A DNA stretch of 64,000 nt. Origin: Pirellulales bacterium (GTDB lineage: Bacteria > Planctomycetota > Planctomycetia > Pirellulales > JACPPG01). Each line of letters begins with the position of its first letter. Position 1 is the stretch's first letter. The notes under the pieces were generated by a model. That model was not told the origin of the DNA. It saw only the letters and a list, made by a program, of their open reading frames with translations, and did not search any database. Where the stretch lies: positions 11,668 through 75,667 of the forward strand of contig DASYDW010000010.1 in NCBI GenBank assembly GCA_036499395.1, in the 5' to 3' direction. The translations under genes and the position numbers were made by a program. Shown piece after piece: positions 44,795-55,737 of the stretch.

Positions 44795-45964
44795 CTAGCG
44801 AACGTTCGCGTTCAAAATGGTGCGCGCGACGCGCCTCGCGTCGGCAGATTCAATGTCGTCCGGTACGTTCTGCCCATTGGTTAAGTAGCTGAGCGGTAGT
44901 CGCGCGCTACGCAGCGCCGGGAGTAAATGCCCCAGCCCGTTCGCTTCGTCGAGCTTCGTAAGAATCAGAGCGGTGGTGCCGGCCGGCGCGAATCGTTCGG
45001 CGATGTTGGCCAGGTTGGCGCTGCTGGCGGCGCTCGACAGGACCAGGTGTACCTCGTCGGCGCGGGCCTCGGATAGCAGAGCGCGAAGTTCGCGAATTTT
45101 GACTTCGTCGCGTGGACTGCGACCGGCTGTATCGAGCAATACCAGGTCGAGGTGCGACATCCGCTCGACCGCTTCGCGCATCTCGCGCGGCGTGCTGACG
45201 ACCTGCATCGGCAAATCAATGATGTCCGCGTAGGTGCGCAACTGTTCGACCGCGGCGATGCGATAGGTATCGACCGTGATCAGGCCGACGTTCCATTTAT
45301 CGCGCAGGCGAAAATTGGCAGCCAGCTTGGCGATCGTGGTGGTCTTGCCGACGCCCGTCGGACCAACGAGCGCCACCACGCGGCAGCGGCCGGCACTGAT
45401 CTCGATCGGCGCCTGCACGGTGATATCCCGTTCGACGATTTGTGCAACGCGCGAACGCAACGCCGTTACGTCCGTCAGTTCCTGCCGCGACGATTCGTCG
45501 CGAACTCGCTCCATCAGTTCGCGTGCCAGCTCCTCGGGCATCTCACAATCGATCAGTTCGGTGTATAGGCCGAACAACGAATCCGGTAGATCGGGGGCCG
45601 ACTTGCCGCGGCTGCGCCGGCAGAGATCCTCGACCATTGCCTGCAACTCGTTGATCTGCTGCGCCAGCTCTCGTGGCGCCGCGGTAGTCGGCGCCTCGGT
45701 ATCGAGAAAGGTGTCAACCTCGGGCTCGTCGTCGCCGTCGAGCAGCGGAAAGCGATGGGGCACGACGACATCATTCGAGGCCGTGACCTCGATCCGGCGC
45801 ACGCCAGGTAACCAGCCAAGCAATCGGCTCCACGGTGCTTCGCGCGTGTGCAGCACAGCGGCGCCAGGCCCCAGGTCACTGCGCACCAAACGGAGCGCTT
45901 CTTGCATCGAGCTGGCACGGTAAGTCTTGATTTCCATATTCATTCCGTGGTCTGCCACGAACAT
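44795..45964 (-). CDS. flhF: Flagellar biosynthesis GTPase FlhF (SRP-type)
   Basis: 'LVGPTGVGKTTTIAKLAA' (G1), 'LLDTAGRS' (G3) and 'LILTKLDE' (G4). Alternative ATGs at 45943 and 45937 are possible. Confidence 0.85.
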   Translation of the reverse strand: MFVADHGMNMEIKTYRASSMQEALRLVRSDLGPGAAVLHTREAPWSRLLGWLPGVRRIEVTASNDVVVPHRFPLLDGDDEPEVDTFLDTEAPTTAAPRELAQQINELQAMVEDLCRRSRGKSAPDLPDSLFGLYTELIDCEMPEELARELMERVRDESSRQELTDVTALRSRVAQIVERDITVQAPIEISAGRCRVVALVGPTGVGKTTTIAKLAANFRLRDKWNVGLITVDTYRIAAVEQLRTYADIIDLPMQVVSTPREMREAVERMSHLDLVLLDTAGRSPRDEVKIRELRALLSEARADEVHLVLSSAASSANLANIAERFAPAGTTALILTKLDEANGLGHLLPALRSARLPLSYLTNGQNVPDDIESADARRVARTILNANVR

Positions 45965-46004
45965 TTTCCAGGATGAAGATTGGAGTTAATCGGGCGTCGA
46001 CTAG

Positions 46005-48179
46005 TTAAGCTGCGACCGCGACGGCATCACCAACGACGGCAACGCAATCGACCCGTGTATCGGTTGTGATCTCGTTGAAACTCAGCACGACCAGGTGCGG
46101 TAAACGGGCCGACGTGATTTCCTTGACGGCCGCGCGAATCTGCGGGCTGACCAGCAGCACCGGCGGATGATGCTCGCGGGTAAGTGATTCAAGATGTTCG
46201 TCGATCTGCTGGCACAGCCGTTCGACGGCGACCGGCGACAGGCGGATAAGCTGGCCGCCGTCGGTATTCTCACAGGCGGCACGAATGCGATCTTCGATCG
46301 CGGCGTCGAGCGCCAGCACGTGCAGCCGGCGTTCGCTGTCGCGATAGCGGGTGCAAATCGTGCGGGACAGCTTCTGCCGCGCATGTTCGGCCAAAGTTTG
46401 GGGATCGGACGTACGCGAGGCATGATCGCCGAGCGATTCCAGAATCGACCCCAGGTTGCGAATCGGTAGTCCTTCTCGCAACAGCAAGTGCAGGACTTGT
46501 TGCACCTCGGCCAGCTTCATAACGCCCGGTACCAGCTCGTCGACCACGGCCGGCGAAGTCGCGCGCAGCTCATCCAGCAGATGACGCGTGGCGTCGCGCG
46601 TCAGCAGTTCTTCGGCGTGCTTGTGAACGACCGCTGAGAGATGTGCCGTCAACACTCCGGTCGGGTCATGAACGGCATAGCCCTGCGACTCGGCCTGGCG
46701 GCGTTGTCCGGCCTCGATCCAGACGCCTGGCCGCTCGAAAGCAGTGCTTGGTGTGGCCGCGCCAGGGATTGGTTCAAGCACCGACGCGGTTTCGATCGCT
46801 AAAAGTTGCGTCGGGCGAATATGGCCGTCGGCCACGGCCATGTCGGCCAGCTTGATGCGGTATTGATTCTGATCGAGCCGCGTATTGTCACGGATTCTTA
46901 CCTTGGGGAGCACGATCCCGATCTCAGCGGCCACGCGTTGTCGCACTTGCTGCACGCGCGGTAGCAGATCGCCGCCTCGTTTCGAGTCGGCCAGCCGGAT
47001 CAGGCCGATGCCGATTTCGATTTCCAGGGGGTCGATCGCCAGGTATTGCTCGACACGCGGTTCCACCTTCTTGACCTCGGCGGCTTGCTGCACGGCCGCG
47101 GCCTCGGTCTCTCGCCTTCGATTACGCGTCAGCACGTAGGCCAAAGCTGACGCACCACCGGCAATCGCCAACAGCGGCAAAAACGGCAAGCTCGTGAACG
47201 TCAACAACCCCAGGAACCCGGCCGTAACCAGTAGCACCTCGGGACGCGAGAACAGTTGCCCCACGAATTGGGCGGGCAAATCGGACTCTTCGCTGGAGCG
47301 CGTGACTAGCAGAGCCGCGGCCAGTGAGATCAATAGCGCCGGCACCTGCGTCACCAGGCCATCGCCGATCGTTAATTTGCTGAAAATCGAGGCGGCTTCG
47401 ACGACATTCATGCCAGACTCGACGACGCCAACGAAAAGACCGCCAACGATGTTGACCAGAATGATCACGATGCCGGCAACGGCGTCACCGCGCACGAACT
47501 TGCTGGCACCGTCCATGGCGCCAAAGAAATCTGCCTGCCGCGCGACATCGGCGCGACGGCGCTGCGCTTGCTTCTGATCAATCAGGCCGGCGGTCAGATC
47601 GGCGTCGATCGCCATCTGGCGACCTGGCATGCCGTCGAGCGCGAAGCGCGCCGCAACCTCGCTGATGCGAGTCGCTCCCTTCGTGATCACCACGAACTGA
47701 ATGACGATGATGATCAAGAAGATGATCAGGCCGACCGCAATCCGGTCTCCGGCGACGAACTCGCCGAACGATCGCACCACGCCCCCCGCCGCATCCAGGC
47801 CGTAGCTATCGGCACGGGTCAGGATCAAGCGCGTGGTGGCGATATTCAGGACCAGACGACCGAGAGTCGTTGCCAACAATAACGACGGAAAAACGCTGAA
47901 CTCAAGCGGCGAACGGACGTATACCGTGGTCAACAGCATGACCACGGCCACGGCGATGTTCACCGACAGCAACAGGTCCATCAATGCCGGCGGCATCGGG
48001 ACGAGAATCACCAACAGACTGGCAACGAGGCCAGCCGGAAGGATCAATGTGGTCAGGCGCGCAAGCACACGGTCGGTGCCTGTGCCTGGATTGGTTCCAG
48101 GGGATGACACGAGATGCAACCCGCTTTCGCGGGTCTCTGGGAAACGGTTGAAAAAAGCAGAAGTGAAGGGCGGGGACAT
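46005..48179 (-). CDS. flhA: Flagellar type III export protein FlhA
   Basis: ATG at 48179 (the track ORF opens with TTG at 48218). 'ARFALDGMPGRQMAIDADL' and 'GAMDGASKFVRGDAVAG' are the FHIPEP signature. A C-terminal cytoplasmic domain follows. Confidence 0.92.
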   Translation of the reverse strand: MSPPFTSAFFNRFPETRESGLHLVSSPGTNPGTGTDRVLARLTTLILPAGLVASLLVILVPMPPALMDLLLSVNIAVAVVMLLTTVYVRSPLEFSVFPSLLLATTLGRLVLNIATTRLILTRADSYGLDAAGGVVRSFGEFVAGDRIAVGLIIFLIIIVIQFVVITKGATRISEVAARFALDGMPGRQMAIDADLTAGLIDQKQAQRRRADVARQADFFGAMDGASKFVRGDAVAGIVIILVNIVGGLFVGVVESGMNVVEAASIFSKLTIGDGLVTQVPALLISLAAALLVTRSSEESDLPAQFVGQLFSRPEVLLVTAGFLGLLTFTSLPFLPLLAIAGGASALAYVLTRNRRRETEAAAVQQAAEVKKVEPRVEQYLAIDPLEIEIGIGLIRLADSKRGGDLLPRVQQVRQRVAAEIGIVLPKVRIRDNTRLDQNQYRIKLADMAVADGHIRPTQLLAIETASVLEPIPGAATPSTAFERPGVWIEAGQRRQAESQGYAVHDPTGVLTAHLSAVVHKHAEELLTRDATRHLLDELRATSPAVVDELVPGVMKLAEVQQVLHLLLREGLPIRNLGSILESLGDHASRTSDPQTLAEHARQKLSRTICTRYRDSERRLHVLALDAAIEDRIRAACENTDGGQLIRLSPVAVERLCQQIDEHLESLTREHHPPVLLVSPQIRAAVKEITSARLPHLVVLSFNEITTDTRVDCVAVVGDAVAVAA

Positions 48180-48447
48180 TAAACAAAAGCCCCCCCAATG
48201 TCTAGGGCGATTTAACAATCGGCCTCATCGAATTTGCGACCTTTTGCGATGCCCTGCGGAATGCCTTAAGTGGCGACCCTTATTTGCCTTAGAGGCCGAC
48301 TCCGTCGATCCGAGACGCTTGCCGATCTCGGTCAGTGAACGTTACGATAGGGGGGGCATTTGCCAAGCCTTTCTCGAACATCGTCCCGCGTAGAATGCGG
48401 CGCGCCGGATATGCCAGCCGCGCCCCGCTCGCGCCACTAACATAAAC

Positions 48448-49626
48448 ATGATGACGCAAGTTCCCCCGACCAATGCCGCGCCGGCCAAGCCACCCAAAAA
48501 GGCGCGGGAATGGATGCCCATGTTCTGGGATGGGATGAATTTCCCCGCCTGGATGCGGCTGCTTTTCAAAAATCGATTTCGACTCGGCTGGCAGTGGTGG
48601 TATATGCTGCCGATGGTCACCGCATTCAGCGTGTTTCACTCGGTTTACCGAGTTTGGCAATGGATCCTGGTCGGCTGGAGCGTCAAGAAAAATCTCAATT
48701 GCCCTCCCTTGTTTATCTTGGGGCATTGGCGGTCCGGCACCACGTTGTTGCACGAGTTGCTGGTACTCGACAAGCGTCATACGTACCCGACGACGTTCGA
48801 GTGTTTCGCGCCGAACCACTTCGTCATTACCGAATCGATCGGCACGAAGTTGCTAGCGTATATGGTTCCCGAGCGCCGGCCGATGGACAACATGGCCGCC
48901 GGTTGGCATCGCCCTCAGGAAGACGAGTTCGCCCTGTGCAATCTCGGGCTGCCGTCCCCCTATCTGACAATTGCCTTCCCGAACGAGCCGCCGCAGGACC
49001 AGGAATACTGGACGCTCGAGCACGTGCCGCCCGAGGCACTGAACCGCTGGAAGAAGATATTCCGACGTTTTCTGCAATACATCGATAAACGGACGACGCA
49101 GCCTCAGCGGATCGTGCTGAAATCGCCCCCGCATACCGGCCGCGTAAAAGTGCTGCTGGAGATGTTTCCCAACGCGAAGTTCGTCCACATCGTGCGCGAC
49201 CCGTTCGTGATCTTTCCCTCGACCGTACACCTGTGGAAGACACTGTATTCGACGCAAGGGATGCAGAAGCCACGCTTCGAGGGGCTGGACGAATACGTGC
49301 TGGCGAACTTCACGCGCATGTACGAGCGCTTTGAGATCGATCGCGAGTCGATCCCCTCCGGCAACTTCTGCGAGATGCGCTACGAAGAGCTTGTGGCCGA
49401 CCCGATCGGCGGAATCAAGCAGGTTTACGAAAAACTCGATTTGGGAGGATTCGAAGAAATTCTTCCAGCCTTGCAGCAATACACGGCCGCGAACAAGAAC
49501 TACGAGACCAACAAGTATCGCGAGCTGGCGCCCGAGCTGCGCGAGGCGATCGCGAAACGGTGGCGCGCGTATATCGATAAGTATGGCTATGCGCGCGATA
49601 TGGCCGAGGCCGGCGCGCCGCGCTAA
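48448..49626 (+). CDS. Sulfotransferase family protein
   Basis: 'ILGHWRSGTTLLHELL' is the PAPS 5'-phosphosulfate-binding loop, and 'LKSPPHTGRV' is also present. The N-terminus has hydrophobic segments. Confidence 0.8.
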   Translation: MMTQVPPTNAAPAKPPKKAREWMPMFWDGMNFPAWMRLLFKNRFRLGWQWWYMLPMVTAFSVFHSVYRVWQWILVGWSVKKNLNCPPLFILGHWRSGTTLLHELLVLDKRHTYPTTFECFAPNHFVITESIGTKLLAYMVPERRPMDNMAAGWHRPQEDEFALCNLGLPSPYLTIAFPNEPPQDQEYWTLEHVPPEALNRWKKIFRRFLQYIDKRTTQPQRIVLKSPPHTGRVKVLLEMFPNAKFVHIVRDPFVIFPSTVHLWKTLYSTQGMQKPRFEGLDEYVLANFTRMYERFEIDRESIPSGNFCEMRYEELVADPIGGIKQVYEKLDLGGFEEILPALQQYTAANKNYETNKYRELAPELREAIAKRWRAYIDKYGYARDMAEAGAPR

Positions 49627-49665
49627 CGTCGACCACGCCCTTTCTTTGCAGTACGACTACTTCGC

Positions 49666-50064
49666 ATGGCGCCTAAGGCAAAACCCTCCGGTCCCCAGTG
49701 GCTATTACGGCGTGCCGATCAGGCGGCCGTCGCAGGGCTTGTCGGCGTAGCGCTTGTTGCCATGGGACTGTGGTGGGTTTCGCAGGGAGGCGTGCGCGGC
49801 CGTTTGGTCGAATTCGAGCGTCTGCCGGCGCAAACGGCGCGATTTCAAGTCGATGTCAACGCGGCGGGCTGGCCCGAACTTTCGCAGCTTCCCGGCATTG
49901 GCGAAGCCCTGGCCCGACGCATTGTCGAATCGCGCGAGCAAGAAGGACCATTCACCGACCACCAGGAGTTGCGCCGGGTTCGCGGCATCGGTCCGCGCAC
50001 GCTGGAACGCATCAGCCCCTATCTGCGTCCCATGCCGGAAACGGCGAACGTCGCGGGTCGTTAG
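49666..50064 (+). CDS. comEA: ComEA-family helix-hairpin-helix DNA-binding protein
   Basis: A TM anchor, then 'VDVNAAGWPELSQLPGIGEALARRIVESREQEGPF...LRRVRGIGPRTLERI' (two HhH motifs). Confidence 0.8.
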   Translation: MAPKAKPSGPQWLLRRADQAAVAGLVGVALVAMGLWWVSQGGVRGRLVEFERLPAQTARFQVDVNAAGWPELSQLPGIGEALARRIVESREQEGPFTDHQELRRVRGIGPRTLERISPYLRPMPETANVAGR

Positions 50065-50287
50065 GATGTCGTTGCGGCCATTCGCCGCCGCAGCGTTCAT
50101 TTCGTGATTTTCTTTCGGCTTTTTGTTTTGCCACGATCTCATTGCCGCCACGCCGGTAACGGGATGGCCGTGCTTGCGGTCGCGCCGACTGCTCGTTACT
50201 GTTCAATACGCCCGCGTGGGCCTGATTTCGATATTTCGCGAAGAACATCCCACTGCCTGTCGTCAGGCGATTCGGACACGACTATTC

Positions 50288-51790
50288 ATGGATCGTTTGC
50301 CGACGAGCGACGCAGCGCCCCCCGAGGAGATGATTCGCGACTTCGGCCTGGCCAAGGCCACGGCCCTCAACATGTCGAACATGATCGGCATCGGGCCGTT
50401 CATCACGATGAACCTGATCCTGGGCGCCATGGGGGGCCCACAGGCGATCTTGGGCTGGATCGTGGGCGTTCTGCTCGCGATTTGCGATGGCATGGTATGG
50501 AGTGAGCTCTCGGCCGCCATGCCCGGCTCAGGGGGCACCTATCTCTACTTGCGCGAATGCTTCGGCCGGCAGCGCTGGGGCCGCTTCATGGCCTTCATGT
50601 TCATCTGGCAATTCATGCTTAGTGGTCCTCTGGAAATCGCCAGCGGCGCGATCGGCTTGAGTAAGTACGCGGCCTATCCGCTCGTACACTTCGGCTGGAT
50701 CGACGGTGATCCGCCGGCCGCCAGAGAGTCGGAACTTGCCGGCGAAGGCAACCCGGACGTGCAACCGGCGGGCCAGGCGAGCAAACCGTGGACCACCAAG
50801 GCCATCACTGAACGTGCAATTGCCTTTGGCGTTTCGGCGCTGGCGGTGGCGCTTCTCTATCGGCGCATCTCGGCCATCGGACGACTGACGTTGTTCCTCT
50901 GGGTGGCTATGCTCGGCACGGTGCTGTTCATGATCGTCAGCGGGCTGATGCACTTTGACAAGAGCTTGATCTTTCCCTTTCCGGAGAATGCCTTTCACGT
51001 CGACGGAAAGTTTCTGTTCGGGCTGGGCACGGCGATGGGCATCGCCATGTACGACTATCTCGGCTATTACGACGTCTGCTACATCGGCGACGAAGTGCAG
51101 CATCCCGAGCGCAATATTCCCCGCTCGATCATGATTTCGGTGATTGCTGTAGCCGCGATCTATATGACAATGAACATCAGCTTCATCGGCGTCATTCCCT
51201 GGCGCGAGGTGGGTGACACCGTGGCCACGACGTTTGTCGAGAAGCTGTACGGACCGGGCGCTGCGAGCGTGATCACGATCTTCGTCGCGCTCACCGCCTT
51301 TGCGTCGATCTTCGCTATGTTCCTTGGCTATTCTCGCATTCCGTATGCCGCGGCACGCGACGGAACATTTTTTTCGTTCTTCAATCATCTGCATCCCATA
51401 CAGAAATTCCCCGATCGTTCGTTGCTGGTCGTGGGTGTGATCACGATGATTGCCAGCCTGTGGACGCTGGAAGACGTCATCAATGCCATCCTGGCCTGTC
51501 GCATTCTGGTGCAATTTCTCGGGCAGAACGCCGGGTTAATGTACTACCGCCGCACGCACGCCGGTCGAATGCCGTTCCGCATGTGGCTATATCCGGTGCC
51601 GTGCTGGATCGCGTTTGCCGGTTGGTCGTTCATCTTCGGCTCGAAATTAATCGGACAAATCAGTAACCCTTGGTACAAGCAAGAGGCTCTGCTAGGCATG
51701 CTGGTAACGGCCGCGGGGGGTGTGGTTTTCTTGATTTGGAGTGCGCGATCCCGACAATGGCCATTCGCGGGGGGAACGAACCCGGATTGA
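50288..51790 (+). CDS. APC-superfamily amino acid/polyamine permease
   Basis: ATG at 50288. 'ALNMSNMIGIGPFIT', about 12 TM segments, 'GGTYLYLRE'. Confidence 0.85.
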   Translation: MDRLPTSDAAPPEEMIRDFGLAKATALNMSNMIGIGPFITMNLILGAMGGPQAILGWIVGVLLAICDGMVWSELSAAMPGSGGTYLYLRECFGRQRWGRFMAFMFIWQFMLSGPLEIASGAIGLSKYAAYPLVHFGWIDGDPPAARESELAGEGNPDVQPAGQASKPWTTKAITERAIAFGVSALAVALLYRRISAIGRLTLFLWVAMLGTVLFMIVSGLMHFDKSLIFPFPENAFHVDGKFLFGLGTAMGIAMYDYLGYYDVCYIGDEVQHPERNIPRSIMISVIAVAAIYMTMNISFIGVIPWREVGDTVATTFVEKLYGPGAASVITIFVALTAFASIFAMFLGYSRIPYAAARDGTFFSFFNHLHPIQKFPDRSLLVVGVITMIASLWTLEDVINAILACRILVQFLGQNAGLMYYRRTHAGRMPFRMWLYPVPCWIAFAGWSFIFGSKLIGQISNPWYKQEALLGMLVTAAGGVVFLIWSARSRQWPFAGGTNPD

Positions 51791-52119
51791 ATGCTGACGC
51801 TCCTTTCTAAGTGTCAGGATCGCTTGTAAGAAAATTCTTGGCCTCGTCGCGAGAGCAAGTAAACCGCTACCTCTACGAGACTTGCGCTGATCTGCTGCAG
51901 GGTCATGGGCGAAAAATGACCAGCCGCAATCGGAGGGGGGTCAAAAGGGGGGGCACCCGGTGCTATACTTGAACGGGTCAGCTTGCGACGGATTGCTCTT
52001 TCCGGATGGAGGGGTCTCACTCTCCCAGACGGTCGGGTGAGCCAGCGGTTCGGGCGGCTCCGGCTGATTGACGACTACCGCCTTTTCCTTCTGGATTCCT
52101 CCCGCGCAGAACGGAACGC

Positions 52120-52752
52120 ATGTCTATTCGATTGCTCATTGCCGACGACCATCTTGTCGTCCGTACAGGTCTCAAGAGCCTGGTTGCTACCACAGACATC
52201 GAAGTAGTTGGCGAAGCTTCCACCGGCGGCGAATGTATTCGTCTGGCTCAGGAATTGAATCCTGACGTCGTGCTGCTGGATATTCGCATGCCAGATGGCG
52301 ATGGCTTGAACGCGCTCAGCCGTCTCAAGCTCGACCGCCCGCAGTTGCCGGTTCTCGTGTTCTCGACCTATGACAATCCGACGTACGTCGCGCGGGCCGT
52401 CGCGCTGGGTGCGAACGGTTATGTGTCGAAAGGCGCCAGCCGAGATGACTTGCTAACCGCGATTCACACGGTGGCCAAGGGGGAGAATGCCTGGACGCGC
52501 GACGAATTGCGTCGCGTGACCGGCGCCCTGGCCACGCCACGCTTGGCTTCGGACATCGACGTCCCGCTAACGCAACGCGAAAGCGAAGTGCTCCGCCAGC
52601 TCAGCTATGGGCTGACCAACAAGGAGATCGCGCAATCGTTGCAGATCAGCTACGAGACGGTGAAGGAGCACGTGCAGCACATCCTGCGCAAGCTCGGCGT
52701 CTCGGATCGCACGCAAGCCGCGGTGTGGGCGGTGCGCAAGGGACTGGTCTAG
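52120..52752 (+). CDS. Two-component response regulator, NarL/LuxR family
   Basis: The receiver is 'IRLLIADDHLVVRTG...DVVLLDIRMPDGDG'. The HTH is 'LTQRESEVLRQLSYGLTNKEIA..L.IS..TVK.H'. No adjacent kinase gene. Confidence 0.9.
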   Translation: MSIRLLIADDHLVVRTGLKSLVATTDIEVVGEASTGGECIRLAQELNPDVVLLDIRMPDGDGLNALSRLKLDRPQLPVLVFSTYDNPTYVARAVALGANGYVSKGASRDDLLTAIHTVAKGENAWTRDELRRVTGALATPRLASDIDVPLTQRESEVLRQLSYGLTNKEIAQSLQISYETVKEHVQHILRKLGVSDRTQAAVWAVRKGLV

Positions 52753-52812
52753 TTTCGCTGCGGCGATCCTAGCTCACGCAAGTATCTGACCGTTAGCATC
52801 CGCGCCGACGCC

Positions 52813-54216
52813 TCAGCGCGCTCGCGACACTTCATTGCCCGGACGAGCGTCGTAAGGCGCTGGCTCGTCATCGGCCGTGGCGTCGCGCATCCAATCCTGC
52901 AGCTTCTGCGCATCCGCGGCCACGGTGCGCGTGCCGGCAAACAGCACGGCCGCCAGGGCCAGATTCACCGCCGGCAGCAGGTACATGGCGCCGCGAACGC
53001 CGGCCGCCTTGTACGGTTCGAGCGCTGTCTGCAATTCCGGTCCGCGCAAATCGTCGAGATTGGCACCTGCTTCGATCGCCGCCCGATGCGTGCAGTAATC
53101 GCTCACGGCGCCAAAGACGGGCGGACCGAACATTCCCCCCAGTGCGTACATAGCAGCGAAATAGAGCGCCATCGCGGTGCCACGCAGCGAGGGCTCGATG
53201 ACATCCTGCACCGTGGAATAGACCGTCGAGTAATAGGTGTACATCAAGCCGCAGCCGCCAAAGAACAAAGCGCTAAATCCCAGGACGTCCCCGGCCGGAC
53301 GTCCGAAGGCAAAGAACAATAGCGGCACCGAGAACGCGAGCGCCACGGCCGCGACCAACAAACGTCCGTTCTTGCGCGAGTGAATCAACTTGTCCCCCAG
53401 GAACCCTCCAAGAAACAGGCCCGGCACCCCCGCCAAACCGTACACGAGCATCACGGTTTGACCGGCCTGGGCCACGCTACGACCGTGATAGCGCATCATG
53501 AAAATCGTCAGAAAGCCGCCGATGATATACATGTTGAAGTTGTGCAAGGCGCCCGAGGCGATGATCCAGCGCATCGTCGGCGTCGATAACACCAGCCAGT
53601 AAGGCGACCCTTCACGTTTGCGTGTACCGATGTTGTGCTTCTCGCTGGCGCCGCGCAGCGGCTCACGGATGAAAAACGCGCCGATCGCACACAGCATGCC
53701 GGGCACAATCGCGACGTAGAAAGCCGATTGCCAACCGAACTTCTGGGCCACGGTGCCGCTCACGGCGTAACAAGCCGCGGTGCCCAGCGGTAGGCCGAGC
53801 ATGAACACCGCCAGCGCCCGGGCGCGATGCGTGGCGGGAAACAGGTCACCGATCAACGAGGAAGAAGCCGGAGCGCACGTCGCCTCGCCGACGCCGACGG
53901 CCAGCCGCAGTCCGGCCATCTGCCAAAAGCTTCGGGCCATGCCCGAGGCGGCCGTGAGTATGCTCCACACAAAAACGCCGCCGGCGAGAATCATCGACCG
54001 GTTGCCACGATCGGCCAATCGCCCCAAGGGGACGCCAATCGCGGCGTACAGCACCAGGAACGTTGTTCCCAGCCAACCGAGAGCCGTGTCGCTCAGCCCC
54101 CATTCTTTGCGAACCAACTCTCCGACCGCGCCGAGAATGTTGCGGTCGAAGAAGTTCATCATGTTGATGGCGAACAGAACGCAAAGCGCGAAGACAGGCC
54201 CGGTGCGTGGTTTCAT
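52813..54216 (-). CDS. MFS transporter
   Basis: ATG at 54216. 'GRLADRGNR' (MFS motif A-like). About 12 TM segments. Confidence 0.85.
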   Translation of the reverse strand: MKPRTGPVFALCVLFAINMMNFFDRNILGAVGELVRKEWGLSDTALGWLGTTFLVLYAAIGVPLGRLADRGNRSMILAGGVFVWSILTAASGMARSFWQMAGLRLAVGVGEATCAPASSSLIGDLFPATHRARALAVFMLGLPLGTAACYAVSGTVAQKFGWQSAFYVAIVPGMLCAIGAFFIREPLRGASEKHNIGTRKREGSPYWLVLSTPTMRWIIASGALHNFNMYIIGGFLTIFMMRYHGRSVAQAGQTVMLVYGLAGVPGLFLGGFLGDKLIHSRKNGRLLVAAVALAFSVPLLFFAFGRPAGDVLGFSALFFGGCGLMYTYYSTVYSTVQDVIEPSLRGTAMALYFAAMYALGGMFGPPVFGAVSDYCTHRAAIEAGANLDDLRGPELQTALEPYKAAGVRGAMYLLPAVNLALAAVLFAGTRTVAADAQKLQDWMRDATADDEPAPYDARPGNEVSRAR

Positions 54217-54439
54217 TTGCGCGGCCCCCCGGCCGTAGCGAGCAAAAAGAGAAATCGGCGTGGCAACCCGACGCGGCGACCGCATGCCCGAACACCCTAG
54301 GGCCCGCCGCGAGAGCATCGCATTTTGTGACGGCCGGGAACGTGCGTCAAGAAAAAACCACGCGAATTCACCGAGGCGCGCTGCTCGTTAGCTGGTGAAT
54401 CGTCGCAACCGCAATTACACGAACGACACGACGTGCCAC

Positions 54440-55429
54440 TTAGCGTGACGAATTGAATCCCTGCGGATGTGCGCTGTGCCATCGCCAGGCCGTCTCGACG
54501 ATTTGCTCGAGCTCCGGATAACGTGGCTGCCAATCGAGCACGCGCCGCGCCAGGGACGCGTCGGCCACGAGTTCGGCCGGGTCGCCGGGACGACGCGGCG
54601 CTAGACGCACCGGAATTTCGCGGCCGGAAACGCGCCGGCAGACATCGACGACCTGACGCACGCTGTGGCCGCGTCCGGTCCCCAGGTTCAGCAGCAATCC
54701 ACGGCCGGGAGTCAATCGCTCGAGCGCTTGCAGATGGGCCGAGGCCAGGTCGTCGACATGAATGTAGTCGCGGATGCAGGTGCCGTCCGGCGTCGGATAA
54801 TCGTCGCCGAAGATCGTGATCGCTTCGCGCTGCCCAAGCGCCACTTGTAAGACCAGCGGGATTAATCGCGACTGCGACCGATCGACCTCGCCCAGGTCGC
54901 CATCGGGGCTGGCCCCGGCGGCGTTGAAATAGCGCAAGGCCGCGAACGCAAAATCATAGGCGTGGGCATAATCGAGCAACGCACGCTCGATCACCAGCTT
55001 GCTGAATCCATAGGGATTGATGGGGCGTTGCGGGGTATCCTCGGTGATGGGAACCCGGTCCGGCACGCCGTAAGTGGCCGTCGTGCTGGAGAAGACGATG
55101 CGTTTGACGTCGGCAGCGCGCATGGCTTCGAGCAGCGCCAGGCTGGCCACGACATTATTCTGGTAATACTTGTGCGGTTCGGCGACCGATTCACCCACCA
55201 GTGCGAACGCGGCAAAATGCATTACCGCGTCAATGCGATGCTCGCGCAGCGTGGCCTCGACCTTGTTCTGGTCGGCCACCTCGCCTTCGATCACTCGCCC
55301 GGCCAGCGCCGCCTGCCGATGGCCGCGCGAAAGATTGTCGTAGCACCACACTTCGTGGCCGGCACGCGATAGCAAACGGCACGCATGGCTGCCGATATAG
55401 CCGGCTCCTCCGGTTACTAGTATCCTCAC
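54440..55429 (-). CDS. galE: UDP-glucose 4-epimerase
   Basis: GTG at 55429, then 'RILVTGGAGYIGSH'. 'YGFSK' (YxxxK) and 'FNAAG' are present. 329 aa. Confidence 0.9.
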   Translation of the reverse strand: MRILVTGGAGYIGSHACRLLSRAGHEVWCYDNLSRGHRQAALAGRVIEGEVADQNKVEATLREHRIDAVMHFAAFALVGESVAEPHKYYQNNVVASLALLEAMRAADVKRIVFSSTTATYGVPDRVPITEDTPQRPINPYGFSKLVIERALLDYAHAYDFAFAALRYFNAAGASPDGDLGEVDRSQSRLIPLVLQVALGQREAITIFGDDYPTPDGTCIRDYIHVDDLASAHLQALERLTPGRGLLLNLGTGRGHSVRQVVDVCRRVSGREIPVRLAPRRPGDPAELVADASLARRVLDWQPRYPELEQIVETAWRWHSAHPQGFNSSR

Positions 55430-55737
55430 GCCGTCATCCTCGGGAAGGAAATCGGGACCGTTCACTGCGGGGCAAATGCCGGAAAGTCTCCGGCGACCGG
55501 GCAAAACCTGCCCTGTCAGGCAAAGCGTAGCATCTGCGCCGGTTATGCCAAATGGCAACAACAAATTGCCAATCGATCAGGCCGGCGAATCGACGCCAGG
55601 TTCAGCCGGTGGCAAACGCATTCCGAAACGATTGAGAGACGCAATCCTGCCTTGAAACGGCACCGATGTGTTAGGCAGTTTGGGCTTTAATTGCGCACGC
55701 ATACCAACGGAGCGTGGGCACGGCACCGGAGGTGGGA

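Noticed and set aside
50065-50130. Possible terminator after comEA (TGCGGC-cattcgcc-GCCGCA followed by a T-rich stretch)
   Set aside because: The stem is only 6 bp and the T-rich tract starts about 10 nt after the stem. This is too weak to call.
50528-51514. 328-aa minus-strand ORF
   Set aside because: It is antisense to the APC permease. Its composition is hydrophilic and His/Arg/Asp-rich, unlike genuine proteins.
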